From Mobula hypostoma (lineage: Eukaryota), in contig NC_086104.1 of the NCBI RefSeq assembly GCF_963921235.1, positions 21,700,001 through 21,764,000 on the forward strand: DNA of 64,000 nucleotides. Direction: 5' to 3'. A model generated the notes under the pieces. The model saw only the letters and a program-made list of their open reading frames with translations, did no database searches and was not told where the DNA came from. A program made the translations under genes and the position numbers. Below, in pieces: positions 11,371 to 23,459 of the stretch. Every line of letters begins with the position of its first letter. The first letter of the stretch is position 1.

Positions 11371-14300
11371 ATTAAAGTTTTGAGGTCACGTTGCAACTGT
11401 ATAAAACATTGGTTATGCCTCATTTAGATTATTTTGTGTGGTTAGGAAGGATGTGCAGGCTTTGGAGAATATGCAGAAGAGGATTACCAGGATATTGCTT
11501 GGATTAACTATAAGGAGATGTCGGGCAATCTTGAACTGCTATTTTTCTGGAGTGTTGGAGACCTGCTAAAAGTTTATGAAGCGATGAGGAGCATAGGTAG
11601 GGTGAACGGTCAGAATATTTTTCCCGGGGTAGAAAAATCAAAGACTGGGGGAAAATTTGAAAGAAATGTTTTTAAAATTTTGGCACAGTCATTGTGGGCA
11701 AAAGGGGCTGTTTGTGTCTTGTGTTGTTCTATGAATTTAAATCTGGTATTGGAATTCTCTGGCCAGGAGCTGATGGGACAGTGTGTCTTTGTTTCAGGCC
11801 AGGACTCAGGTCTCATATCCCTGTGTCTCAAGTTTTAAAAAAATTGCTGGAGGAACTCGGTGGACCAGGCAGTATCTCAGAATCAGAATTGGATTTATTA
11901 TCACTATCTTGAAAAGTTTAAAGATTAACTTTATTTCTCAATGTACCTTGGAACATCAAAACATACAGTGAAATGATGGGAGTAGGCAATTTAAAAATGG
12001 TTTGGCACAGATTAGATGGGCTGAAGGGCCTGTTTCTGTGTTGTACTTTTCTATGACTCTAAATGTATTGTTTTGCATCAAAGGAACTAGGAACTTTTGT
12101 AATCGTTGGAATGCTTCCGGCACCAACCCAGCATGCCCACAACTTCATGTATGCCTTTGAAACGTGGGCAGGCACTGGAGCAGCCGGAGGAAACCCATGG
12201 TGTCACAGGGAGAATGTACAAACTCCTCACGGGCATTTGCGGGAATGAACCTTGTCTGGTGATTGCTGGTGTTGTAAAGTGATATACTTACTATCGCCCC
12301 CCCCCCCCACTACCGGGCTGCCCTGATGCATATAATTTTGCAACAGCAGTGCCGGCATGGAATTATTATATTATAAAATGCGAAAAAATTAATTTGTATA
12401 AACAAACAGTGCAAAATAAAGGATGACTAGGTAGCGTTCATGGACTGTTCAGAAATCTGATATCAGAGGGGGAAGAAGCTGTTGATTAATCATTGAGTGT
12501 GATGATCAAAATCCTTTACGTTCTCTTTCCTGGTAGCAAAGAGCAGATGTCATGTCCCAAGTGGTGACGGTCCTTAGTGATGAATGCTGCCTTGTTGAGG
12601 TATTGCTTCTTGAAGATGTCCTCAGTGGTGTTGAGAGTTGTACCCATGATGGAGTTTGCTGAGTTTACAGCATCTTGCAATCCCGTCCGTTGGAGCCTTC
12701 ATACCAGTCTGTGATATGCAAGCAGCCAGAATCCTCTCCACTGTCCATGTATAGAAATTTGCAAATCTTTGGTGACTGCTGATAAAGTAGAACTGCTGGC
12801 ATGCTTTTTCAAGATGGTGTCAATGTGTTAGGTCCAGAATAGATCCCCTGAGATGTTGACACCTAGGAAATTGAAGCTGTTCACTGTGTGGAAACTCATG
12901 TGGAGAGGAAACACTAGTTGACATTGAGTCAATAATCTGCATCAGGCTGTATAGGAAAGGTGGCCAATCCTCTGTGTCCATAGATACTGTGAGCTATTGA
13001 GTTCTTCCAGCAATTTGCTTTTGCTCCACTTCCCAACATCTCAGTCTCTTGTGCTCTGCACATCTCAAGGTCAGTGTGTCGGCACCTCAGGGAGGTTATT
13101 GAGGAAACTGTCTCAGTCCAGGAACCAACCTATTTGTGCCTCTGCTTTGGGGTGGATTTAAGGATTCAGTATCTTGTCTCCATCTGGGTACTGGATGGTA
13201 CTTTGTGTCTGAGATTATTAGTTATACTGACTTAATATAATTTAGCCCATGTGCCTCTAAAGTTTATCAATCAAAATGCCTTTTAAATTTTGCATTTGAC
13301 AACTTCCTCTGGCTGCTTGTTCCATATATTCATCACTGTTTTTGTGGAGAAAGTTGCCTCTCGGGTCCCTTTTAGGATCTTTCCCTTCTCACTTTGAACC
13401 TGTGCCCTATAATTTTGGATTCCCTTACCTTGGGGCAAAAGCATTGGTTATTCGTCTTATCTATGCTCTCATGACTTTCAGGTCACTTCTCAGCCTCCTA
13501 CATTCCAGGGAAAGCTCAATAACCGAACAAAGTAGCTGAAAACATGCAAAAGCTGAAGTATTTGGGTAGAAATGTGGAAGTCGAGATAACCTTTTAGAAT
13601 TTCTTTGCCATTGTTAGATGAACAAGGTTTATAGTTCAGAAAGAGAACCATTGTAGGCTTGTAGTTTTTAAAACTCAAATTGATGCCTGACAGGACATGA
13701 AAAATTCATAAAAGAACAGCTGAAAAAAACTTGTTTGTAGAAAGACACAAGCTGGGAAAAGTCACAGTTTGGAGTTCGGTAACACCTTGAAAGGACAAGG
13801 AGTTTTCAAAATAAATGGTTTGGATATTGAGGACCCTTTCATCTATTGGTAGCTGAAGATTTTTAGGTGGAGAAATTTAAATTAATTGAACCCAAAATAA
13901 TCGTTATGATCTGAACAGCAAATGGACTGAAATTCAGTAAGGTTGGCATGATTGAATTTCTCACTAGCTTGAAAATGGCACATTAGCTTGGGTCTGAAGA
14001 GTCAAATGATGAGCACTAGTGGACCACAGCAAACTACTAGTTGGATCAGAGGTCAAAAGTTTCTGATAGAATGATTTCAGTTTTGTCATAAGATAGTTCT
14101 TCAGAATCTTTCTTTATTGCTTGAAGGAAGGAAAGACTTTAAATGATTGTAGCCTAAGACTTAGAGCACAGTTCTTGACTCAGAATATTTTTCAAAGTGC
14201 TGTAGAAAAAGATTGGATCATCTTGTGTTTAGATTTTTAAAGAACTCTATAATTTTTTTAATTAAAATGGCATCATGGCTTTGTATGTTATTTTCTGACA

Positions 14301-15169
14301 CTTTAGAAAATGTAGCAAAATTTCAGGAATCTACACTGCAGTATAATTAATGATATTGTAGAATCAAACAGCACAGAAAAACTTGTTTTATCATTTACAT
14401 GTGTACTATTAAGTTCTCACTTTCTACAAATTCCATTTACTAGCTGTTGGTCTGTAGCCCATGATTCCTTAATGATTAAAGTCCTCTTGTAGATACTTGT
14501 ATGTGACGGTATCTACCTCCATCTCATCAAGCAATGGATTCTAGATTGCAAACTCCCTCTTGAGTTTTTTTTTTAAAAAGCATTCTCCTCAGATTCTGTC
14601 TAAACCTCTTATCCTAAATCTATAACTTATTTTATTCTTAGAAACATGAATCAAATAACAAGATTCTAAACGGTGTTCTATGCCCTTAGTGAAATGTCAG
14701 GAAAGCAGGTTCTTGACTTTGTTCTGGTCTAGTTTAGTAATGCTGCACTTCAATAATTTGCAAGTGACAATAAGACATTCCAAAAACTTGGAAGGTTGTA
14801 TGTGATTCTGATTACCCTGTTACAGGATGGAATTGGAAACTTTGTAAGTATAGAAGAGATCCACAGATTGCTGCATGGATTGGCGAGTACAAATCATTAG
14901 GAGAAGATGGATAAACCTGTTTTTTCTCTTGGAATATCTAATATAAGTTTATAATATGAGCAGCATACATGGGGTAAAAAATTTTAAATACTAGAGAATA
15001 TGCATTTAAGGTGAGAGATTGTAAGTTTATGAGAGATGTGCAGTGCAGTATTTCTTTCTCTACATAGGGAATAGTCGGTGTCTAGAATGGGCCGCCTGGG
15101 GTAGTGGTGGAAGCAGATACAATAATGGTATTTAAGATGCTTTTAGATGGACACATTTTTACTGATAGA

Positions 15170-15592
15170 AGGGGGTAAAGGTAGGTTACTGGCACCTTAA
15201 AACCAGTTGCTTTGGGTGGATGGGTCTCATCAGCTGTGCTTGGCAGCTCATCTAGAAAGAAAGCTCTGATCTCAAGCCTCCATTGCCTTCAGCTATACCC
15301 ACACATGGGGGAAGGTTTTGGGAGTAAACCCTGAGGGAAAATCCAGGAGCTGGAATCGCCAAGGCAGCCCTACGTTGAATTCAACACTGACTGGCAACTC
15401 CTGGGACGCTGCTGGTGCCAAACAGTATTGGTCTCTGCTGTTCCTTTTGGTTCATCAGATGTGTGAAGAAGGGGAGCTTGCTACAGGTGCAACAGCTTAC
15501 TCTCCATATTGTACTGTCCAGACTCGCATATCTACACAGCTAGGACACAACATCCATGGTTGACCCTGACTGATGGGCTTCATCATCATCAT
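15170..15592 (+). mobile_element. Non-autonomous RTE-derived element with (CAT)n tail
   Basis: 3' end (ggggagcttgc..caacagc..tctccata..atccatggt..) resembles the tail of the SINE at 53700-54002; ends in catcatcatcat. Confidence 0.45.
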
Positions 15593-15882
15593 ATAGACAC
15601 CTGAATATACAGGTAATGGAGAGACATGCAACATGTACAGGCGAGAGATTTAGTTTAATTTTGCATTATATTTGGTGCAAATATTGTAGACCAAAGTACC
15701 TGTTCCTGTGCTGTACTGTTCTATGTATGGTATAATATTGGATCAGATGCCAATCTAATATGAATTTACAACATTAAGAACAATTATTGAAAATGAAAGA
15801 TTATTAAGGTAATTGTCTTCTAAGCCTACTAAAGCACAAACCTTATAAACAAAAATTGTTTATACAGATTCTCTATTTAAGA

Positions 15883-16000
15883 ATGGCACCTAAAACTATG
15901 GAACCAATAGCAATACGGATCTTTAAGGGAGTTATACTCTTGGAGGTCGCAGGAGTAATAGGAGCATACTGGCTCTTCCATAGAATGAATGGCAGTCAAG
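15883..16000 (+). CDS. CEBPZOS: CEBPZOS first coding exon (MAPKTMEPIAIRIFKGVILLEVAGVIGAYWLFHRMNGSQ)
   Basis: Matches my recollection of the human CEBPZOS N-terminus ([38 protein letters not shown]); donor gtaagg; synteny with CEBPZ. Confidence 0.93.
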
Positions 16001-16468
16001 GTAAGGATGACCATATCTTTCACCTAAAAGCAGTGGAACACGTTTTATTCCAGTTTAACTACTGAAGTTGCATTTACTTTTTGGTCTGTTAATTATACTT
16101 ATGAAATCTCAAGTTCAAATACGATTAATATGCAAGGCCTAATGTGTTAGCTGTTTAAAGTAGGACTTATTTGAATATGACAGGAACATTACATTTTCCT
16201 TTTAGTAATTTGAAAGACTGCATTTCCCACCTTGCCATTCCTAATACATTAACAGAATTATCAAGAAAAAAAACTGATTACATTTCATGAAGGGTTTAAT
16301 TAAAACCTCTCATTTCACAGTATGGATCAAAATTTAGACTAAGCAATGTGAGCAATTCTACTGTTTTAAGTAAAAGGTTTTCAAAATAGAGATGAAACAA
16401 ATTTGAGCTCTCAGATGACTTTGCATTAAACTGCAATTAAAGTACTGTACATGTATTTATTTTTCCAG

Positions 16469-16513
16469 AGTTCAGATATAAGGTAAACAAAAGGTTTCCC
16501 TCCATTTTGGAAG
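16469..16513 (+). CDS. CEBPZOS: CEBPZOS second coding exon (EFRYKVNKRFPSILE)
   Basis: ttttccag acceptor and gtgagt donor, phase 1/1; homologous to DFRQTMSKKYPFILE. Confidence 0.93.
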
Positions 16514-16971
16514 GTGAGTACTCTTATACATTTGTGTTTTGTTTGGAAGCTTCCAAGGAGTATTCTAATTTGGGATTGTAGTTCCCCCCCCCCCACACAG
16601 TAAAAACAAAGAGATGGAGGGGGGAGAAAATTGGGGGTGGCAGGAAAAGTCCTTATCCAATCTTAGTTAAAAGTAAAGCAACCTATTAAAGTGCACATGC
16701 TTGTAAAATTTTAATGCTAAAAAGATAGAATATTGATTGCTCTGATGTATTTTCCAATTCAATGTTTCACTAGTTGAGGTCCTCATCCCTTTAATATATA
16801 ATCCCTCTGCTTTCATGTTCATCTTAAAATGAACTAAAACTAACGCCTTGCCCTTTAGGGTGACGTTTGTTATCGGGATTATTGATCATTCATAATTTAA
16901 GAGATAGAAAATATGCAGACAAATCCATCAATCAATCTAGTGATTTTAAAAACATTGTTTACAATTTTCAG

Positions 16972-17057
16972 TTTATTATAAATCCAATGAATGGGCAGGA
17001 ATTTATGGAATTAGAGAACTGGATCAGGAAACCTGGTCCAGCAAACATAAGCAGTGA
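16972..17057 (+). CDS. CEBPZOS: CEBPZOS last coding exon ([28 protein letters not shown]); total protein 82 aa
   Basis: ttttcag acceptor; homologous to [22 protein letters not shown]; TGA at 17055-17057. Confidence 0.93.
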
Positions 17058-17125
17058 GTATGTAAGTACAAAGTCTATTACAAAATGTTATTCAACTTTA
17101 AATAATCTGATTTAGTGAACATTTT

Positions 17126-17265
17126 TCATCTCTTCTTGTGTAAAAATCTTTTCTGTTTATTTTTCAGTCTCTTGGCCCTTAAGTTCTTCTGCCTTCTGAG
17201 AGTATGTGCATCTTTGCCTCTGATCCAAGCGTCGCGATCAGATTCCCACTGTAGCTGCTTTATAC
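17126..17265 (-). CDS. CEBPZ: CEBPZ exon 16 (last; IKQLQWESDRDAW...KKR*)
   Basis: ttttgcag acceptor; conserved KQL.WE..RD.W motif; basic C-terminal tail; TGA at 17128-17126. Confidence 0.95.
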
Positions 17266-17575
17266 CTGCAAAAGTAATAAATGAAACTCAGTAGTGACAA
17301 TAGAATTTTCCACATTGGAAAGTTTTCCCAACAGATCTATTGGTTAAAATCTACACAAGTGGGAGGAAATTCTCTTGATAAATAATCAATTAAGAAACAA
17401 CTTCATTTTCACAAATGTAAATACATTGTACATCTTCAACTAAAGGAGATTTACAAAATGGATTGATAGGATTTAATAAATTTTTGATTGAGTCCATGTC
17501 TATTGAGTGATCCATTTGTTTATCACAACTTTTTATAATACTGATACTTTTGACTAAATACTGCTGATTACTTAC

Positions 17576-17657
17576 TTGCTTTATCTTTGTTTGCCATTGC
17601 ATTAATTCCAATATTGTCAAATTTTGATCCTGCATTTTCATCAAGTAGACAACCAAA
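17576..17657 (-). CDS. CEBPZ: CEBPZ exon 15 (FGCLLDENAGSKFDNIGINAMANKDKA)
   Basis: AG/GTAAGT boundaries; highly conserved peptide. Confidence 0.95.
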
Positions 17658-17840
17658 CTTTTGAAAGAGAACAAAAAATGGTTAAAGTGACGTCAAATAA
17701 ACCAAATGTAACAAAATATTATGAAACTAGTCGACCAGAATAACACATTCATGAAAAAACTGTTCAGTGAAGTGCAGACTGTTGCAGTGATAATTGTCAT
17801 CTTTATGCAGGTAGTTTGAAAAGGACACTGTAGGACATAC

Positions 17841-17899
17841 CTCCTCTGCTGCAGCAAACATGTCACCATCATTCTTAAAACCCTCTTTCCGTTTCTTTC
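17841..17899 (-). CDS. CEBPZ: CEBPZ exon 14 (KKRKEGFKNDGDMFAAAEE)
   Basis: cag/gtatgt boundaries; phase continuity; F.sAEE motif. Confidence 0.92.
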
Positions 17900-19031
17900 C
17901 TGCAACAATGCATACAGATCATATGAAAAACAACTCATTGGGAAAAATCTTTAGCTTCAGTTGCAAATTAATTATAATCCACATACACTACAATATACAT
18001 CTTTAAAGATAACCTCTAAATATCTTATTCATCGTTCACTGAAATAAGTTTTTAAAAAAAACAGAACAAAGCAAGAAATAATTGTTTTAACTCAGAACAC
18101 GAACTTACAATGACTTGTTTCACTTCACAAAATTATCTACTTTTCCCATTGATCTACTAAGAGGATAATATAACTTCATGAAATAAATTTAACTTCATAC
18201 AAAATATGCAGGATATAAGAAAATCTGCCAAGTTAATACACATCTATTCTAGTTATAGCAGAATCCTGATTGTTATGTGTTAGTGGTGATATCTAGGCAA
18301 AAATTTCAACAGTGGTTTGCCGTTGCCTTCTGTTGCCGCAGTGCTCATCTAACTAGAGCATTTGACCTCTACTGGTGTTCCCAATTGGGAATCATACACT
18401 AGACGTCGCCCAACCTTTACTGTTGTACAAAGACAATCCACCACCAAAGCTTGGAATCCATCTCCCTGCTGCCGGAGACTTCAGTGATTTTAGGTGACAC
18501 CACCACCATTGGTCTGGTTATTTTTCTGGTGCCAAACATTTGCCATAGACAGAGCTCCTTCAGCGAGACAGGGTGCACCCGGACCTAAGCCCTACGTGAA
18601 GGTGGAGTTGTCTTGGGCGGTAGAAGCTATGTAATCGCTATTGGTATTTCCTGATATTTAGTCAGGACCCAACCACCCCATACACCCCATAGTCAATCAT
18701 GGAAAGAAACAAAAGAAGGAAACCAGACGACAGTGTGAGTGGGGTTGATTTCTAATCAACAGAACAACACCTCGCACGGTAGGGGTAGTCATGTGCTGCA
18801 GGTGACACCAGACTGTCACCCAGAGACTGTAAGCAATAGGGAAAGGCTAAGGGTAGCAACATGGAACATCTGTACACTTTACCAGAAAGGAAAGTTGGAT
18901 AACATATTAAATGAAATGAAAGGTTCGAAGTTGATATCTTAGGCCTGTCAGAAATTAAATGGACTGATAGTGGCAAATTCATTAAGAATAGTTCTCTGAT
19001 GTATTCTGGAGGTCAACAGCATATGTATGGA

Positions 19032-20618
19032 ATATAAAAACGCAAACACGAGGAATTCTGCAGATGCTGGAAATTCAAGCAACACACATCAAAGTTGCTG
19101 GTGAACGCAGCAGGCCAGGCAGCATCTCTAGGAAGAGGTACAGTCGACATTCCGGGCCGAGACCCTTCATCAGGACCAACTGAAGGAAGAGTTAGTAAGA
19201 GATTTGAAAGTGGGAGGGGGAGATCCAAAATGATAGGAGAAGACAGAAGGGGGAGGGATGGAGCCACGAGCTGGACAGGTGATTGGCAAAAGGGATATGA
19301 GAGGATCATGTGACAGGAGGCCCAGGGAGAAGGAAAAGGGGGAGGGGGGAAAAACCCAAGAGGATGGGCAAGGGGTATAGTCAGAGGAACAGAGAGAGAA
19401 AAAGGAGAGAGAGAGAGAGAGAAAGAATGTGTGTATATAAATAAATAACGGATGGGGTACGAGGGGGAGGTGGGGCAGCAGCAGAAGTTAGAGAAGTCAA
19501 TGTTCATGCCATCAGGTTGGAGGCTACCCAGACGGAATATAAAGTGTTGTTCCTCCAACCTGAGTGTGGCTTCATCTTTATAGTAGAGGAGGCCATGGAT
19601 AGACATATCAGAATGGGAATGGGATGTGGAATTAAAATGTGTGGCCACTGGGAGATCCTGCTTTCTCTGGCGGACAGAGTATAGGTGTTCAGCAAAACGA
19701 TCTCCCATTCTGCATCAGGTCTCGCTAATATATAGAAGGCCACATCGGGAGCACCGGACACAGTATATCACCCCAGCCGACTCACAGGTGAAGTGTCACC
19801 TCAACTGGAAGGACTGTCTGGGGCCCTGAATGGTGGTAAGGGAGGAAGTGTAAGGACATGTGTAGCACTTGTTCCGCTTACACGGATAAGTGCCAGGAGG
19901 GAGATCGGTGGGGAGGGATGGGGGGTACGAATGGACAAGGGAGTCGTGTAGGGAGCGATCCCTGCGGAAAGCAGAGAGCGGGGGGGGGAGGGTAAGAAGT
20001 GCTTAGAGTTGGGATCCTGTTGGAAGTGGCGGAAGTTATGGAGAATAATATGTTGGATCCAGAGGCTGGTGGGGTGGTAGTTGAGGACCAGGGGAACCCT
20101 ATTCATAGTGGGGTGGCAGTAGGATGGAGTGAGAGCAGATGTGCGTGAAATGGGGGAGATGCGTTTGAGAGCAGAGTTGATGGTGGAGGAAGGGAAGCCC
20201 CCTTCTTTAAAAAAGGAGGACATCTCCCTCATCCTGGAATGAAAAGCCTCATCCTGAGAGCAGATGTGGTGGAGACAGAGGAATTGCGAGAAGGGGGTGG
20301 CATTTTTTCCAAGAGACAGGGTGAGAAGAGGAATAGTCCAGATAGCTGTGAGAGTCAGTAGGCTTATAGTAGACATCAGTAGATAAGCTGTCTCCAGAGA
20401 TAGAGACAGAAAGATCCAGAAAGGTGAGGGAGGAGTCGGAAATGGACCAGGTAAACTTGAGGGCAGGGTGAAAGTTGGAGGCAAAGTTAATGAAGTCAAC
20501 AAGCTCAGCATGCATGCAGGAAGCAGCGCCAATGCAGTCATCAATGTAGCGAAGGAAAAGTGGGGGACAGATACCAGAATAAGTTTGGAACATAGATTGT
20601 TCCACAAAGCCAACAAAA
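19032..20618 (-). mobile_element. Penelope-like element (RT C-terminus + GIY-YIG + pLTR) nested in the RTE; 14-bp TSD
   Basis: FLRYIDD, FLDLSV, YYKPTDSHSYL, GIY-YIG; TSD agcatatgtatgga at 19018-19031 and 20619-20632. Confidence 0.92.
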
Positions 20619-21575
20619 AGCATATGTATGGAGTTGGAATTATTTTAAACAAACACGTATCAAAATATCTTCTGGGATATTGGGCGATATCCGATCAGCT
20701 GCTTTTAGTTAAATTAAGGAACCCTTTTAACATTAGCATAATCCAAGCCTACGTACCAACAAATGATGCGGATGAAGAGGATATCAACAAGTTTTATGAA
20801 GATCTCGACAGTGCTTATGAGCAATGTAAATCTCAGAATATAAAACTAGTCATGGGAGATTTTAACGCCAAAGTTGGACAGGAAAGGGTTGATAACATCA
20901 CAGGACCCTTTGGATTAGGGGAGAAAAATGAAAATGGAGGAAGGTTTACTGATTGGTGTGTCAGAAACAACCAAGTGATCACCGATACTTGGTACAAGAA
21001 CCATGCAGTAGATTGTGTACTTGGATTAGCCCTGGAGATAGAACAAGGAATCAAATAGATTTCATTACCATCAATGAGTGCTTTAGAAATAATATCACAA
21101 ATTCTAAAGCCTACCCAGGAGCAGACTGTGGTTCAGATCACCATCCAGTAATAGCTACCATTAAAACAAAATTAAAGAAACTGAAATGTGGGAAAAAAAG
21201 AGAAAGTAGTATATGTTGGGAGAATTTAAAAAAGATAGCATACTTAAGCAACAATTCAAGGCAGCTGCAGAAGAACACCTCAACGAAAATGTAACAACAC
21301 CTATTTGGGACAGATTTAAATATGCTATACAGCAATCAGTAGAGGAGATAATCCCAGTACAAGAAATCCAACACACCAACAAGGGGTGGATCACTCAAGA
21401 AATTCTATGATCTGATGGAACAAAGAAGGTTAGTGAAGGATAATGAAGTGCAATACAGAGAACTAGACAGATAGATCAGACAACAGGAATTCTGCAGATG
21501 CTGGAAATTCAAGCAACACACATCAAAGTTGCTGGTGAACGCAGCAGGCCAGGCAGCATCTGTAGGAAGAGGTGC

Positions 21576-21611
21576 AGTCGACGTTTCAGGCCGAGACCCT
21601 TCATCAGGACT
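21576..21611 (-). ncRNA. Intact minimal hammerhead ribozyme motif
   Basis: Reverse complement agtc-CTGATGA-a-gggt ctcg gcct-GAAAC-GTC-gact. Confidence 0.8.
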
Positions 21612-22333
21612 AACTGAAGGAAGAGTGAGTAAGGGATTTGAAAGTTGGAGGGGGAGGGGGAGATCCAAAATGATAGGAGAAGACAGGTGGGGGAGGGATA
21701 GAGCCAAGAGCTGGACAGGTGATAGGCAAAAGGAGATACGAGAGGATCATGGGACAGGAGGTCTGGGAAGAAAGACAAGGGGGTGGGGGGACCCAGAGGA
21801 TGGGCAAGAGGTATATTCAGAGGGACAGAGGGAGAAAAAGAAGAGTGAGAGAAAGAATGTGTGCATTAAAATAAGTAACAGATGGAGTACAAGGGGGAGG
21901 TGGGGCCTTAGCGGAAGTTAGAGAAGTCGATGTTCATGCCATCAGGTTGGAGGCTACCCAGACGGAATATAAGGTGTTGTTCCTCCAACCTGAGTGTGGC
22001 TTCATCTTTACAGTAGAGGAGGCCGTGGATAGACATGTCAGAATGGGATTGGGATGTGGAATTAAAATGTGCGGCCACTGGGAGATCCTGCTTTCTCTGG
22101 CGGACAGAGCGTAGATGTTCAGCAAAGCGGTCTCCCAGTCTGCGTCGGGTCTCGCCAATATATAAAAGGCCACATCGGGAGCACCGGACGCAGTATTTCA
22201 CCCCAGTCGACTCACAGGTGAAGTGTTGCCTCACCTGGAAGGACTGTTTGAGGCCCTGAATGGTGGTAAGGGAGGAAGTGTAAGGGCATTTGTAGCACTT
22301 GTTCCGCTTACACGGTTTAGTGCCAGGAGGGAG

Positions 22334-22463
22334 TATCACCCCAGTCGACTCACAGGTGAAGTGTTGCCTCACCTGGAAGGACTATCACCCCAGTCGACTC
22401 ACAGGTGAAGTGTTGCCTCACCTGGAAGGACTATCACCCCAGTCGACTCACAGGTGAAGTGTT
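22334..22463. repeat. 49-bp tandem repeat (~2.65 copies) at the PLE inversion junction
   Basis: tatcaccccagtcgactcacaggtgaagtgttgcctcacctggaaggac starts at 22334, 22383 and 22432 (last copy partial). Confidence 0.95.
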
Positions 22464-23423
22464 ATCCCCACTGATAAAACCCCACTAGGAATAGGGTTCC
22501 CCTGGTCCTCACCTTCCACCCCACCAGCCTCCGGGTCCAACATATTATTCTCCGTAACTTCCGCCACCTCCAACGGGATCCCACCACTAAGCACATCTTT
22601 CCCTTCCCCCCCCTCTGCATTCCGCAGGGATCGCTCCCTACGCAACTCCCTTGTCCATTCGTCCCCCCCATCCCTCCCCACTGATCTTCCTCCTGGCACT
22701 TATCCGTGTAAGCGGAACAAGTGCTACACATGCCCTTACACTTCCTCCCTTACCACCATTCAGGGCCCCAAACAGTCCTTCCAGGTGAGGCAACACTTCA
22801 CCTGTGAGTCGACTGGGGTGATATACTGCGTCTGGTGCTCCCGATGTGGCCTTTTATATATTGACGAGACCCGATGCAGACTGGGAGACCGCTTTGCTGA
22901 ACATCTACGCTCTGTCCGCCAGAGAAAGCAGGATCTCCCAGTGGCCACACATTTTAATTCCACATCCCATTCCCCTTCTGACATGTCTATCCACGGCCTC
23001 CTCTACTGTAAAGATGAAGCCACACTCAGGTTGGAGGAACAACACCTTATATTCCGTCTGGGTAGCCTCCAACCTGATGGCATAAACATTGACTTCTCTA
23101 ACTTCCGCTAAGGCCCCACCTCCCCCTTGTACTCCATCTGTTACTCATTTTTATACACACATTCTTTCTCTCACTCTCCTTTTTCTCCCTCTGTCCCTCT
23201 GAATATACCTCTTGCCCATCCTCTGGGTCCCCCCCCCTTGTCTTTCTCCCCAGACCTCCTGTCCCATGATCCTCTCGTATCCCCTTTTGCCTATCACCTG
23301 TCCAGCTCTTGGCTCTATCCCTCCCTCTCCTGTCTTCTCCTATCATTTTGGATCTCCCCCTCCCCCTCCCCCTCCAACTTTCTCACTTTTTCCCCTTCTC
23401 CCTTACTCACTCTTCTTTCAGTT

Positions 23424-23459
23424 AGTCCTGACGAAGGGTCTCGGCCTGAAACGTCGACT
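23424..23459 (+). ncRNA. Intact minimal hammerhead ribozyme motif
   Basis: agtc-CTGACGA-a-gggt ctcg gcct-GAAAC-GTC-gact. Confidence 0.8.

Noticed and set aside
20468-21058. 196-aa ORF that looks like a novel endonuclease with an N-terminal extension
   Set aside because: Chance fusion of antisense PLE RT sequence to the RTE APE domain across the insertion junction at 20619
22334-22463. Regularly spaced direct repeats (CRISPR-like)
   Set aside because: No spacers, vertebrate context, and the unit is internal PLE sequence
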